Source: an uncultured delta proteobacterium
GTDB lineage: Bacteria; Myxococcota; Kuafuiibacteriia; Kuafuiibacteriales; Kuafuiibacteriaceae
Assembly (NCBI GenBank): GCA_963803435.1
Contig: CAWDML010000009.1
Coordinates: 32,001-96,000 of the forward strand
Length of the DNA: 64,000 nucleotides
Direction of reading: 5' to 3'
Part shown: in pieces, positions 18,391 to 28,655 of the stretch
Layout of the letters: every line of letters starts with the position of its first letter
Numbering within the stretch: the first letter of the stretch is position 1
The notes under the pieces: model-generated
Told to the model about the DNA's origin: nothing
The model's database searches: none
Seen by the model: only the letters and a program-made list of their open reading frames with translations
Translations under genes and position numbers: made by a program

Positions 18391-19797
18391 CTACTCTCGC
18401 GACCGCGCCTCGTCGATCTGCTGCATGGCCTGCATGAGGACGAAGCGAGGATCGACGCCGGGCTCGACGTCGCCGGTCGGCGGTGTGTGATCGAAGTCGA
18501 AGGCCTCGGCGGCGAGGCGCAGGATCTCGATCAGGCCCGTGATCATGCCGGCTTCGTCGGTGTAGGAGCCCGTGGGCGTGGAGAGCGTATGCAAGTTACC
18601 TTGCGAAAACCGGATCGAGGCGCGCGCCTGTCCGCTGGAGACGGTGAGGGTCCCGGTCGCTCGGGTGCTATTGAGGAACTGGATCAGGTCGGGGAGCGCC
18701 ACGACCGACAGCGACCCACCGATCGAGGTGCCCTCGATCGCCTTCTTCGCCGTTCCGCGCGTGCCGGAGGGGCTCCGGGGGGTGACCTCGGGCCTGGAGG
18801 CCTCCAGGAGGCCGGCCAGGGCCCGCTGGATGCGGTCGTTGTCCGGGGCGAGGGCGGAGGCCTGCACCAGCTCCCGCTGGGCGTCGGCGGTGCGGCCGAG
18901 GCGGGACAGGAGGAGCCCGAGCCGGTGGTGACCCTCGACGGAGCGCGGATCCATCTCGATCGCGCGCTCGTAGGCCGCCGCAGCCTCGGCGGGCCGGTCG
19001 AGCGACTCGAGGACGCGGCCGATCTCGAGCTGGACCGGGGCGACGTTGGGCGCCCTGCGGGCGGCGGCGGCCAGGCGCTCCACCGCCGCGTCGACCTGGC
19101 CCGCCTCGCGCAGCGCGCGCCCCAGATGGAGATCGAGCTCCCAAAACGGAGGTGAGCGCTGGGCCACCGCCGACAGCACCTCGATCGCCTCCTTGTGTCG
19201 TCCGACGCCCGAGAGGGCAGCGCCGTAGCTGGCGGCGGTGTACGGATCGTTCGGCTCGAGCGCATGGACCGTCCGCCAGGCGCGCAGGCAGCCCTCGCGG
19301 TTCCCCAGGCGCTCGTAGACGGCGCCGAGCGTGCGGAGCGCGGCCGGGTGGTGCGGGTCGAGGGTCACGGCGATCTGGAGGTGGTTGGCGGCGTTGGCGT
19401 GATCGTCCTGGCCGATGAGGAGCATCGCCAGCTTGAGGTGCGCGGAGGGCGGATCAGGGGCGAGGTCCGCCCACTTCCCGAGGGCCCGCAGGCCGGGCTC
19501 CTTGCGGCCCAGCCGGACGAGCAGCGCGCCCAGGAATCCGTAGGCTTCTCCCAGGCCCGCGTCGAGCTCGAGGGCGCGCCGGTACGCGAGCTCGGCGCCC
19601 TCCAGATCGCCGAGCGACTCCAGCGACTGTCCGGCGGCGGCGGCGAGGGCGGCCGTGGAATCGCGCTCGACCACCGTCCGGAGCGCGTCGATCGCCTCGT
19701 CGTGATCGTGCATCGCGGCCGCCACGCCGAACCGATACCAGCCCTCGGCGTCGTCGCTCTCCTCGGCCCGCTTCTTCAAGCGCGCGAGCGAGGCCAC
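18391..19797 (-). CDS. TPR-repeat protein with C-terminal DUF4388 (PATAN-like) domain
   Basis: Multiple TPRs; GSLSVVALPDLIQFL...TGTL.V...I.FSQG...LMQAMQQIDE. Confidence 0.85.
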   Translation of the reverse strand: MASLARLKKRAEESDDAEGWYRFGVAAAMHDHDEAIDALRTVVERDSTAALAAAAGQSLESLGDLEGAELAYRRALELDAGLGEAYGFLGALLVRLGRKEPGLRALGKWADLAPDPPSAHLKLAMLLIGQDDHANAANHLQIAVTLDPHHPAALRTLGAVYERLGNREGCLRAWRTVHALEPNDPYTAASYGAALSGVGRHKEAIEVLSAVAQRSPPFWELDLHLGRALREAGQVDAAVERLAAAARRAPNVAPVQLEIGRVLESLDRPAEAAAAYERAIEMDPRSVEGHHRLGLLLSRLGRTADAQRELVQASALAPDNDRIQRALAGLLEASRPEVTPRSPSGTRGTAKKAIEGTSIGGSLSVVALPDLIQFLNSTRATGTLTVSSGQARASIRFSQGNLHTLSTPTGSYTDEAGMITGLIEILRLAAEAFDFDHTPPTGDVEPGVDPRFVLMQAMQQIDEARSRE

Positions 19798-19798
19798 G

Positions 19799-21103
19799 TT
19801 AGGTCAGCCCGTCGAGCGGACGATCGCCGTCGCCGAACGTCTGCACGCCGACGCCGCTCGCGTTCAGCATGCTGATGAAGAGCTCGGAGACCTTCCGGTC
19901 TGCGCCGAAGCGGAGGTGACGGCCGCTCCGGATGGCGCCGCCCGCGGAGCCCGCCAGCAGTATGGGCAGGTTCGTGTGCGCGTGCGAGTTGCCGTCCTCG
20001 ATCTCGCTCGAGAAGAACACCAGCGAGTTCTCGAGCAGCGTGCGCTCCCCCTCCTGGATCGCGCTCATGCGCTGCAGCAGGTACGCGAGCTGATCGACCT
20101 CCCAGGTGTCGATCACGGTGAGCTGCTCGAAGTTCACCGGGTTGCCCATGTGGTGCGAGATCTGGTGGTGACCATCGGAGATGTCGAGGTTGCCGTAGAC
20201 GTGGTTGCTGCCGGCGTTTCCCAGCATGAACGTGATCGCGCGGGTGAGATCGCACGACAGCGCCGTGACCATGAGGTCGGACATGATCCGCACCCGATCC
20301 TCGTAGTCGGTGGGCGCGTTGGGTCGCTCCGCCTGGCAGGCCGGGCCCTCGTCGAGCATTTGGACCCGGGTCTCGAGCTCACGGACGCCGGTCAGGTACT
20401 CGTCCAACTTCTGGCGGTCGGTGCTGCCGAGCTTCGCCTGCAGCCCGGTGGCCGACTCCTTCACGTAGTCCAGCACGCTGAGTCGATAGAGCTTCCGCTT
20501 CCGGGCCGTCTCGGCGGTGGCAGCCGGGTCCCGCCCGGCGAACAGGCGCTCGAAGACGGCCTGCGGGTTCACTTCCTTCGACAGCGGGGTGTTCGAGTCG
20601 GCCCAGGAGATGTTGCGGGCGTACGCGCAGGAGTAGCCGGAGTCGCAGTCGCCGGTGCCACCGCCGCCGTCGGTGCCGAGCTGCAGGCTCTTGAAGAGCG
20701 TGTCGCCGGCGAGGGCCTCCGCCGCCACCTGATCGACCGAGATCCCGTTGCGGATGTCGGCGCCCTCGGTCTTGAAGGGGTGCGCACAGGTCAGGAACGC
20801 GCCGGTGCCGGAGGCGTGATCGCCGGGGCCGTCGGGATAGGCCGGTCGGTTGGCGAGGCCCGTGATCACGAGGACCTGGTCGCGGACGTTCTCGAGCGGC
20901 GCCAGGATCCGCGGGAGCGCGAAGTCGGTCCCCTCGGTGGCCGGCGTCCAGTTGGCCATGTGGATGCCGCAAGGGACGTAGTACCCGATCAGGCGGCGCG
21001 GCGCGTCCGCGGTCTGGGCGGCGGCGCGCCGGGGCAGCATCGCCTCGAGGAAGGGGAGGGCGATGGCCGTTCCAGCGCCCTGCAAGAAGGTTCGGCGCTT
21101 CAT
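19799..21103 (-). CDS. DUF1552 family protein (Tat-type signal)
   Basis: MKRRTFLQGAG.AIALPFLEAM, ISVDQ, SLQLG, CDSGYSCAY, HHQISHH and HAHTNLP motifs. Confidence 0.92.
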   Translation of the reverse strand: MKRRTFLQGAGTAIALPFLEAMLPRRAAAQTADAPRRLIGYYVPCGIHMANWTPATEGTDFALPRILAPLENVRDQVLVITGLANRPAYPDGPGDHASGTGAFLTCAHPFKTEGADIRNGISVDQVAAEALAGDTLFKSLQLGTDGGGGTGDCDSGYSCAYARNISWADSNTPLSKEVNPQAVFERLFAGRDPAATAETARKRKLYRLSVLDYVKESATGLQAKLGSTDRQKLDEYLTGVRELETRVQMLDEGPACQAERPNAPTDYEDRVRIMSDLMVTALSCDLTRAITFMLGNAGSNHVYGNLDISDGHHQISHHMGNPVNFEQLTVIDTWEVDQLAYLLQRMSAIQEGERTLLENSLVFFSSEIEDGNSHAHTNLPILLAGSAGGAIRSGRHLRFGADRKVSELFISMLNASGVGVQTFGDGDRPLDGLT

Positions 21104-23109
21104 TCCGCTTCTCCTCGGCGCCTCGTGAAGGCGCCGCTCCGGGTCATGGAGATCAGCAGGCTCTCGAGCGAATAGCTCGCCCCCGCGAAGTCGCCAACGA
21201 CGTCGTCGACCCAGGGGTCGTCCTTCGGGACCAGGCCACGCCCGAGACCGTAGGTCATGAGCTGGCGCGCCATGCACTCGGGCAGGCGCCCGTTGCCCAT
21301 GATGACCTTGGAGAGCTCGGCGCCGCCGTCGAAGGCGCTGCCGTCGATCAGCGTGCCGGTCGCGTCGATCGCGTAGCCCTGGTCGTCCTCCCGCCAGGCG
21401 CCGATCCCGTCGTAGTGCTCGAGGGCGAAGCCGATCGGATCCATGAGCTGGTGGCAGGGCTGGCAGCGCGGCTCGGAGCGGTGGGCCTCGAAGCGCTCGC
21501 GCAAGGACGCGTCGGGGTCGACCGCCTCGGGGAACGCGGTGACGTCGGCCGGCGGATCGGGCGGACGCTGGCAGAGCAGGTGCTCCAGCACGAACTTGCC
21601 GCGCTTCACCGGCGAGGTGCGGCGCGGGTGGGAGGTCACGGTGAGCAGGCTGGCCTGCGTCAGGAGGCCGCCGCGGCGGTCGTCGGTCAGGTGCACACGC
21701 ACCATCGAGTCGCTGCCCACCGGGGGCAGGCCGTAGTGGCGCGCCAGCCGATCATTCACGTACGTGAAGTCGGAGGAGAGCATCTCGAGCGCGCTCCGAT
21801 CGGTGGTCAGGAACTCCTTCACGAATGCTTTCGTCTCCGCGCCCATCGCGTCCTTCAGCTCGGCGTCCCAGTCGGGGTAGCGGGCGGAGTCGGGGTTGAC
21901 GTCCTCGAGGGCGCGGGTGGACAGCCACTGGCCGACGAAGTTTTCGATCAGCGCCGCGGACTTGGGATCCCGGATCATCCGCTCCACCTGGGCCGCCAGC
22001 GTGTCCGGGTCGGAGAGCTCGCCCTGTTCGGCCAGCGCGAAGAGCTCGGCGTCGGGCATCGAGCTCCACAAGAAGTAGGACAGGCGCGAGGCGAGCTCCC
22101 AGTCGGTGAGCGGGTGGGGCGTGAGGTCGTGAGGCGTCGGATCGAGCTCGACCCGGAACACGAAGCTCGGCGAGAGCAGGATGGCTTGCAGCGCCACCGC
22201 GATCTGCGTGTCGAAGTCGTCGCCCTCACCATTGACCATGTCGGTGAGCTGGAGCAGGCGCTCCACCTCCTCGGGCGTGGGCGGCCTGCGCCAGGCGCGC
22301 GTCGCGAAGGCCTCGATGATCTCGCCGGCGCAGGGGCGCCGTCCGTCGGCGACCGGATCGCAGATCATGATCTGGGCGTAGATCTGAGGGTTCTCGGGCG
22401 GCGGGGCGTCGAAGGGACCCTCGGCCTCGAGCCAGTCGACGAAGAGGTTTCGGTCGTCGGGGGGCGCGTAGTAGTCGTTGACGAACGCGACGTCGAACGT
22501 GTGGGCGCCCGCCGTGAGATGGGCTCGCCGGCTGAAAATGCCGGGGCCCGCGCTCACGTTCGGGACGTCGAAGGTGGCGAGCGACACGCCGTCGATCGTG
22601 AGCTCCATGCGCGCCGGCTCGCTGCCGGCCTGCTGGCCCCAGGCGCGGGCCGACAGCGCGTACTCGCCCTCGATCGCCACCTGAACGGTGGCCGAGAGCT
22701 GGCCGTTCGCCCACAGGTCCCAGGCGTCCTCGGTGGCCGCGCCGACCTCGGAGGTCAGGGACTCGGCCTCGAAGACCTGGGCGGTCGGGCCCTCGAACGG
22801 GGGCCGTACGGCCGCCTCGACGAGCCCCTGGGCGGCCAGCTCGTACTTTTCGAGCAGCAGCGGCGAGATCGAGAGGACGTCCCCGATGTTGTCGAAGCCG
22901 TAGCCGAAGTCGTCCGAAGGAAAGTCGTCCGCGGGACGCGAGGTGTCTCCGAGGAGATCCCGGACCGTGTTGTTGTATTCTGCGCGGTTCAGACGGTGGA
23001 GGGTGACCCGTCCCGGATCGCGATCCTCGACGGGCTGCGGATCGCCTCCGAGGCCGCTCGAGCAGCCGGCGAGGACGAGCGCCAGGCCGGCAATCGGTCG
23101 GGAACCCAT
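21100..23109 (-). CDS. DUF1592/DUF1588/DUF1587 family haem-c lipoprotein with CBM-like insert
   Basis: LHRLNRAEYNNTVRDLLG, ELASRLSYFLWSSMPD, TSPVKRG and CQPCH motifs. Confidence 0.92.
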   Translation of the reverse strand: MGSRPIAGLALVLAGCSSGLGGDPQPVEDRDPGRVTLHRLNRAEYNNTVRDLLGDTSRPADDFPSDDFGYGFDNIGDVLSISPLLLEKYELAAQGLVEAAVRPPFEGPTAQVFEAESLTSEVGAATEDAWDLWANGQLSATVQVAIEGEYALSARAWGQQAGSEPARMELTIDGVSLATFDVPNVSAGPGIFSRRAHLTAGAHTFDVAFVNDYYAPPDDRNLFVDWLEAEGPFDAPPPENPQIYAQIMICDPVADGRRPCAGEIIEAFATRAWRRPPTPEEVERLLQLTDMVNGEGDDFDTQIAVALQAILLSPSFVFRVELDPTPHDLTPHPLTDWELASRLSYFLWSSMPDAELFALAEQGELSDPDTLAAQVERMIRDPKSAALIENFVGQWLSTRALEDVNPDSARYPDWDAELKDAMGAETKAFVKEFLTTDRSALEMLSSDFTYVNDRLARHYGLPPVGSDSMVRVHLTDDRRGGLLTQASLLTVTSHPRRTSPVKRGKFVLEHLLCQRPPDPPADVTAFPEAVDPDASLRERFEAHRSEPRCQPCHQLMDPIGFALEHYDGIGAWREDDQGYAIDATGTLIDGSAFDGGAELSKVIMGNGRLPECMARQLMTYGLGRGLVPKDDPWVDDVVGDFAGASYSLESLLISMTRSGAFTRRRGEAE

Positions 23110-23232
23110 CGGGCCGGGATTCTAGCGGGCGCAGGGCGGTTCTCGAATAGGCCCTCCATCCGGGGCTATCGTACGATGGCCCCCGACCACCCCGTTTTCA
23201 TGCTCCCCTGCGACCCCTATAATCGCGCCGCC

Positions 23233-24759
23233 ATGCGACTGGGGATCGATTTCGGAACCACTCGGACCGTCGTTGCCCTCCGAGACGGCGGCAACTTTCC
23301 GATCCTCTCGTTCGTCCCATCCTCCGGACAACCGATCGAGCATTACCCGACGCTGGTCGTCGAGCGCGAGGGGGAGCTCGCTTACGGCCTCGACGCGCTG
23401 GAGCGGATGGAGACGCCGGGCTGGTCGCTGGTCCGCTCGTTCAAGCGCTTCCTCTCGGCGCCCGGTGCCACGCCGGATCTCCGCATCCCGATCGGATCGA
23501 CGGAGCGCACTCTGCTCGAGCTGTCGACGGGCTTCCTGTCGGCGCTGCGGAAGGACCTCTTCGAGCGCTCGAACCTGCCCAAGCGAATGAAGAAGCACGA
23601 CCCACTCGAGGCCATCGTGGCCACGCCCGCCAACGCGCACAACGCGCAGCGGTTCGTCACGATCGAGGCCTTCCGGGCCGCCGGATTCGAGGTCGTGGCG
23701 CTGATGAACGAGCCCTCGGCGGCGGGCGTCGAATACGCCCACCGCTACGAGTCGACCCTTACGGCGAAGCGCGAGAACGTGCTGGTCTACGATCTGGGCG
23801 GCGGTACCTTCGACGCTTCGATCGTCCACATGCGCGGCAAGACGCACGACGTGCTGGCGACCCGCGGCGTGCAGGAGCTGGGCGGCGACGACTTCGATCG
23901 CGTGCTGCTCGACCTGGCGCTCTCTCAGCTCGGCGTGGACGCGGACGCGCTCGATCCTTCGGTGCGCGATCGCCTGCTCGATCATTGCCGCCAGCAGAAG
24001 GAGTCGCTCAACCCCAACTCGCGGCGGGTCTCGATCGAGGTGGGCGAGTACCTGAAGGCGGCCGATGGCGCCTCGATCGCCGTCTCGACCAGCGAGTACT
24101 ACGACGCGTGCCTGCCGCTGGTGGAGCGAACGCTCGAGGTGCTCGAGTCGCTCCTCGAGCGCGAGGCGCCGATCGACGAGGTCGCGGGGCTGTACGTGGT
24201 GGGCGGCGCGAGCTCCCTGCCGGTGGTGGCGCGACGTCTCAAGGAGGTCTACGGGCGGCGCGTGCACCGCTCGGTCTATCCCTCCGCCGCCACCGCGATC
24301 GGGCTGGCGATCGCGTTCGACGAGCACTCGGCGTACGCGGTCAACGATCGGTTCAGCCGGCACTTCGGCGTGTTTCGCGAGGGCGCCGCCGGCGCCGCGG
24401 TCACGTTCGATCCGATCTTCGCGGCCGACCGAGCCCTCCCCGCTCCGGGGCAGCCGGTGACCATCGAGCGTCGCACCTACCGACCGGTCCACAACGTCGG
24501 GCACTTCCGCTACGTCGAGTGCGGCTGGCTCGACGCTCGGGGCGAGCCGTCCAGCGAGATCACGCCCTTCGCCGACGTCCGCTTCCCCTTCGATCCCACG
24601 CTGCGGGACTTCGATCTGTCGCAGATCCCGATCGAGCGGACCGGCGCCGAGGGCCCGCTGATCGAGGAGCGGTACACGGTGGACGCCGCCGGGATCGTCA
24701 CGCTCGAGATCGTGGATCTGGAGAGCGGCTTCGCCGAGAACTTTCGGCTCACGCGGTGA
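23233..24759 (+). CDS. Atypical Hsp70-family protein (508 aa)
   Basis: GIDFGTT, NEPSAA, YDLGGGTFDAS, LGGDDFD and VGGAS motifs; short non-canonical C-terminus. Confidence 0.9.
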   Translation: MRLGIDFGTTRTVVALRDGGNFPILSFVPSSGQPIEHYPTLVVEREGELAYGLDALERMETPGWSLVRSFKRFLSAPGATPDLRIPIGSTERTLLELSTGFLSALRKDLFERSNLPKRMKKHDPLEAIVATPANAHNAQRFVTIEAFRAAGFEVVALMNEPSAAGVEYAHRYESTLTAKRENVLVYDLGGGTFDASIVHMRGKTHDVLATRGVQELGGDDFDRVLLDLALSQLGVDADALDPSVRDRLLDHCRQQKESLNPNSRRVSIEVGEYLKAADGASIAVSTSEYYDACLPLVERTLEVLESLLEREAPIDEVAGLYVVGGASSLPVVARRLKEVYGRRVHRSVYPSAATAIGLAIAFDEHSAYAVNDRFSRHFGVFREGAAGAAVTFDPIFAADRALPAPGQPVTIERRTYRPVHNVGHFRYVECGWLDARGEPSSEITPFADVRFPFDPTLRDFDLSQIPIERTGAEGPLIEERYTVDAAGIVTLEIVDLESGFAENFRLTR

Positions 24760-25760
24760 TCGAGCTCGACGGTGCGGCCGGCGAGGGCGGCGGCCAGATC
24801 CTGCGGAGCGCGCTCGCACTCTCCATCGTCACGGGCAAAGCGGTGCGGATCCGGAACATCCGCGCCCGGCGCGAGAAGCCCGGCCTGCTCCGCCAGCACC
24901 TGACCGCCGTCCAGGCGGCGGCGAAGATCTCGGGTGCCGAGGTCGACGGTGCGCGGCTGCGATCGCAGGTGATCACGTTCTGTCCCGGGCCCGTGCGGGC
25001 CGGCGAGTACCGTTTCGACATCGGCACGGCCGGCAGCGCCACGCTGGTGCTGCAGACGATCCTGTTGCCGCTGCTCGCGGCCGAGGCGCCCTCGCGCGCG
25101 GTTATCACCGGAGGCACGTGCAACGACAAGGCGCCGCCCTACGAGTTCCTGGCGCGGACGTTTCTGCCGGTGCTCGCGAGGATGGGGGCGGACGTCCGCG
25201 TGAATCTGGTGCGCCACGGCTTCTATCCGGCGGGAGGGGGCGAGCTCGCCGCCGAGATCACGCCCCGAAAGCTCGGCCGGCTGGAGCTCGTCGAGATCGA
25301 TCCCGGGCGCCGGGTCACCGCGAAGATCCTCCTGGCGAAGCTCCCCCGGCGGATCGCGGAGCAGGAGCTCGCGGTATTGGAGCGCCGCCTGACCCTGAAC
25401 GAGCGCGCGATCGACGAAGACGATCGCGGGAGCGGTCCGGGCAACGCCGTCTTCGTCGCGGTGGAGAGCGGCTCGATCACCGAGGTGGCCACCGGCTTCG
25501 GGGCGCGGGGCATCTCGGGGACGAGGGTGGCCATGCAGGCGGCCGACGAGGCCGAGCGCTACCTGGCGGCCGAGGTGCCGGTCGGCGAGCACCTGGCGGA
25601 TCAGCTCCTGCTCCCGATGGCGCTGGGCGAGGGCGGCCGGTTCCTCACGCTCCCGCCGACGCTGCACACCCGGACCAACATCGAGATCCTGAAGAGGTTC
25701 CTGTCGGTTCCGATCGCGGTCAGCGAACTGGGTTCCAAAGCAGAGATCTCCGTAGGCTGA
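24756..25760 (+). CDS. rtcA: RNA 3'-terminal phosphate cyclase
   Basis: GEGGGQILRSAL, PGLLRQH, GFYPAGGG, HLADQLL and HTRTN motifs. Confidence 0.96.
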   Translation: MIELDGAAGEGGGQILRSALALSIVTGKAVRIRNIRARREKPGLLRQHLTAVQAAAKISGAEVDGARLRSQVITFCPGPVRAGEYRFDIGTAGSATLVLQTILLPLLAAEAPSRAVITGGTCNDKAPPYEFLARTFLPVLARMGADVRVNLVRHGFYPAGGGELAAEITPRKLGRLELVEIDPGRRVTAKILLAKLPRRIAEQELAVLERRLTLNERAIDEDDRGSGPGNAVFVAVESGSITEVATGFGARGISGTRVAMQAADEAERYLAAEVPVGEHLADQLLLPMALGEGGRFLTLPPTLHTRTNIEILKRFLSVPIAVSELGSKAEISVG

Positions 25761-25799
25761 CGGCTTGATCCCTCCGCCGGGTGCTGCGAGTCAGAGGGC

Positions 25800-28084
25800 A
25801 TGCGTGCGCTCGTGTGTGTCTTGCTGGCGGCCTGCAGCGGCGATCCGGAGGTCGCACCGGACGGGTTCGACCCGGCTGCGATCTTCGAGGTGAAGGCGCA
25901 CACGTACTCGGTCGCGGATGCGCTGTTTCTGTCCGAGGTGCCGACGCTGTTTCGAACGGAGGACCTCCTGCCGAGCCTCGACGTGCACGCCCTCGCGATC
26001 GACGGGGACACGGTGTTCGCAGGGACCGAGGGCGGGCTGATGAGGACGACGCTGGCGGGGGCGGCCTTCGAGGCGGTGAATGGGATCGACGGGCCGGTCG
26101 TCGATCTGGCGGTGCGGGACCGGGTGCTGACCGCGGCCGGTCGCGACCGCGTCTATCGGATGACCGAGGCCGGCGTCGAGTCGTGGCCCGCGTCCACCTC
26201 GAGCATCACCTCGATCGCAGTGGTGGGGAGCGAGGTCTTCGTGGGTGCCGCGGACGGTCTGTTCCTCGCGAGCGCCGCGGGTACCAGCTCGGTGTCGGCC
26301 GTGGGTCCGGTGGCGATCCGTGATCTGGCAGCGTCCGGCGGCGTGCTCTACCTCGCGACCGCTTCCGGGATCTCGCGCCTGTCCCTCGCGGACCGCGGCC
26401 TGCTGGCGCCGATCTCGATCGCCGATCCCGATGTGCGGGCGCTGGCGGTGTCGGACGCCGGCGAGGTGCTGGCGGCCTGCGCCACCGGGCTGGCGCGGCT
26501 CCAAGGCGACGCCGCGACGATCGAGCGGGCGGGCCTCGACGGTCTGCCCGAGGAGGACCTGACGTCGATGGTCGAGTCCGGCGGCACGGTCATGATCGGA
26601 CATGCGATCGGCGCCACCGTGATCGGGGCCAAGACCGAGCACTACCACTCGCTGCGCTGGATCCCGGACGAGCGCGTCACCGCGGTGGCGCTCGCCGGCG
26701 ACGGGTCGCGCTGGATCGGGACGCCGGGTGGCGTCTCGCGGATCGCGTATCGCGAGACCACGCTGGCCGAGAAGGCGGAGCTCGACGAGGCGCTGCTTCA
26801 GGAGCGCCACTGGCGCATGGACGGGTTCATCGACGACAACGTCGGCTTCGACGACGCCTGGGACCAGTCGCAGGGGCTCCACACCGGGGATCACGACAAC
26901 GACGGGCTCTGGACCGAGATGCAGGTCGGCAGCTGGTGCTACGCGTATGCGGTCACGGGCGAGGAGCGCTTCTACGAGTCGGCGCGCAAGGCGATGGACG
27001 TGATGATGTTGCAGGTGCGAGATGCCCAGGCGTGACGTTCGAGGCGGCGGGGAGAAAGCGCGGCTTCATCACGCGCTCGCTCGTGCGCGACGACGAGGGT
27101 GAGGTCTTCGACAGCAAGGCGACGCAGTCGAACTGGCACCTCCAGGAGTACGAGGGGCACCAGTACTACTGGAAGGACGACACCAGCTCGGACGAGTACG
27201 CCGGCCACTTCTTCGGGGTCCCACTCTTCTACGATCTCTGCGCCAAGAGCGAGGCGGAGAAGGAGGAGCTCCGGGAGTGGGCGCGCGAGACAGTCGACTA
27301 CCTGATCGACGGCGATTACGTCCTGATCGACCTGGACGGTGAGCAGACCAGCTTCGGGTACTGGCAGAACCTCGGTGTGGCCTGGAACGGGCTCGACCAC
27401 TGCACCGAGAAGTATGGGCCCGACTTCATCGACGAGTGCATCGGCTCGCGGCACGGGCAGGGCTGGTTGAACTCGGCGGAGATCCTGGGGCACCTACTCG
27501 CGACATGGCACATGACCGGCGACCAGAAGTACTACGACGAGTACGAGCGGCTCGCGATCGACGAGCACTACCTCGACATGATCAAGGTCATCGACGACAC
27601 CTTCACGGTGACGAAGCCGGCGATCGCGAATCACTCCGACCACGAGCTGGCGATGCTCGCGTACATCACCTTGCTCCGCTACGAGCCGAACCCCGAGCGA
27701 CGCGAGCAAATCGTGCAGTCGCTGCTCGATTTCTACAGATACGAGCGCGAAGAGCACAATCCCTGGCAGGTGGCGGTGATCGGCGGTGCCTATGCGGACG
27801 ACGTGGATCTGGACGGTGCGATCACGACGCTTCGCGACATGCCGAACGACTGGCGGGAGTGGCGCTACGACAACGGGCACCGCAAGGACGCCAAGCGCAA
27901 CGGGATCGACCGGCACGGCAATCCGCAGTTTGCACGGGTGTTTCCGTACGACGAGATCCGGGCGATGAAGTGGAACACGAGCCCGTACGCCGTGGCGGAC
28001 GGTGGGAGCGGGCGCCAAGTTCTCGCGCCCACGCCCTACCTGATCGCATACTGGACGCTGCGCTATCACAACCTGATCGAATGA
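25800..28084 (+). CDS. Large lipoprotein (beta-propeller plus alpha-barrel glycosidase-like domain), frameshifted near 27015-27030
   Basis: Lipobox LAAC. ORFs 25800-27035 and 26936-28084 join as DNDGLWT...MLQV//PGVTF...GFITRS...WKDDTSSDE. Confidence 0.7.
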
Positions 28085-28097
28085 GGAGGAGGATGTC

Positions 28098-28655
28098 GTG
28101 CGCCTTCATGTGATCCTGGGATTGATCCTGGCCGGCCAGCAAGCGCCCCCGCCTCCGTCTCCGAGCGGGCCCGACGAGCCGACGGTCGGCGACGCCGACC
28201 TGGAGAAGGCGCTCAACGCCGACGCGCTCGGCGCCTCGGTCGTCACTGTCAGCTCCTCGGGAGACCTGGTGATCTTCGAGGGTGCGATCACGATCCCCTC
28301 GGAGCGGCCGAGCGTGGAGGAGTGCGGTGAGCTCATGTCGATGCCGCCGAAGCAGCGCCCGCAGCTGCTCAGCGAGCTGCGGAAGAAGGCGGACACCGAG
28401 GCCTACCGCCGCGGGATGTCGCAGCGCGAACGGATGACGTACGTGCAGAAGGCCCTCGAGCCCAAGCGCGAGTGCATGGTCCTATTCAAGCGCAAGTGCG
28501 ACGAGATCCGCGAGCGCGTCCCGCTGGAGGCGCGCAAGGCCGCGGTGGTCGACGCGCGCAAGGCGATCGATCGCCTGCTGGCTGAGGAGCGGGTCAAGAA
28601 GCGGATCCAGGGCTATCTGGCCAACATCATCGCCGAGTGTCCTCTCGAGCAATGA
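28098..28655 (+). CDS. Hypothetical exported protein with four Cys
   Basis: GGAGG RBS, signal-like start, coding-like composition. Confidence 0.65.
   Translation: MRLHVILGLILAGQQAPPPPSPSGPDEPTVGDADLEKALNADALGASVVTVSSSGDLVIFEGAITIPSERPSVEECGELMSMPPKQRPQLLSELRKKADTEAYRRGMSQRERMTYVQKALEPKRECMVLFKRKCDEIRERVPLEARKAAVVDARKAIDRLLAEERVKKRIQGYLANIIAECPLEQ

Noticed and set aside
21415-23232. Long N-terminal extension on the Hsp70-like ORF, and many other long overlapping ORFs such as 60341-63730(-)
   Set aside because: These are shadow ORFs typical of high-GC DNA, lying antisense to or out of frame with clearly recognisable genes.
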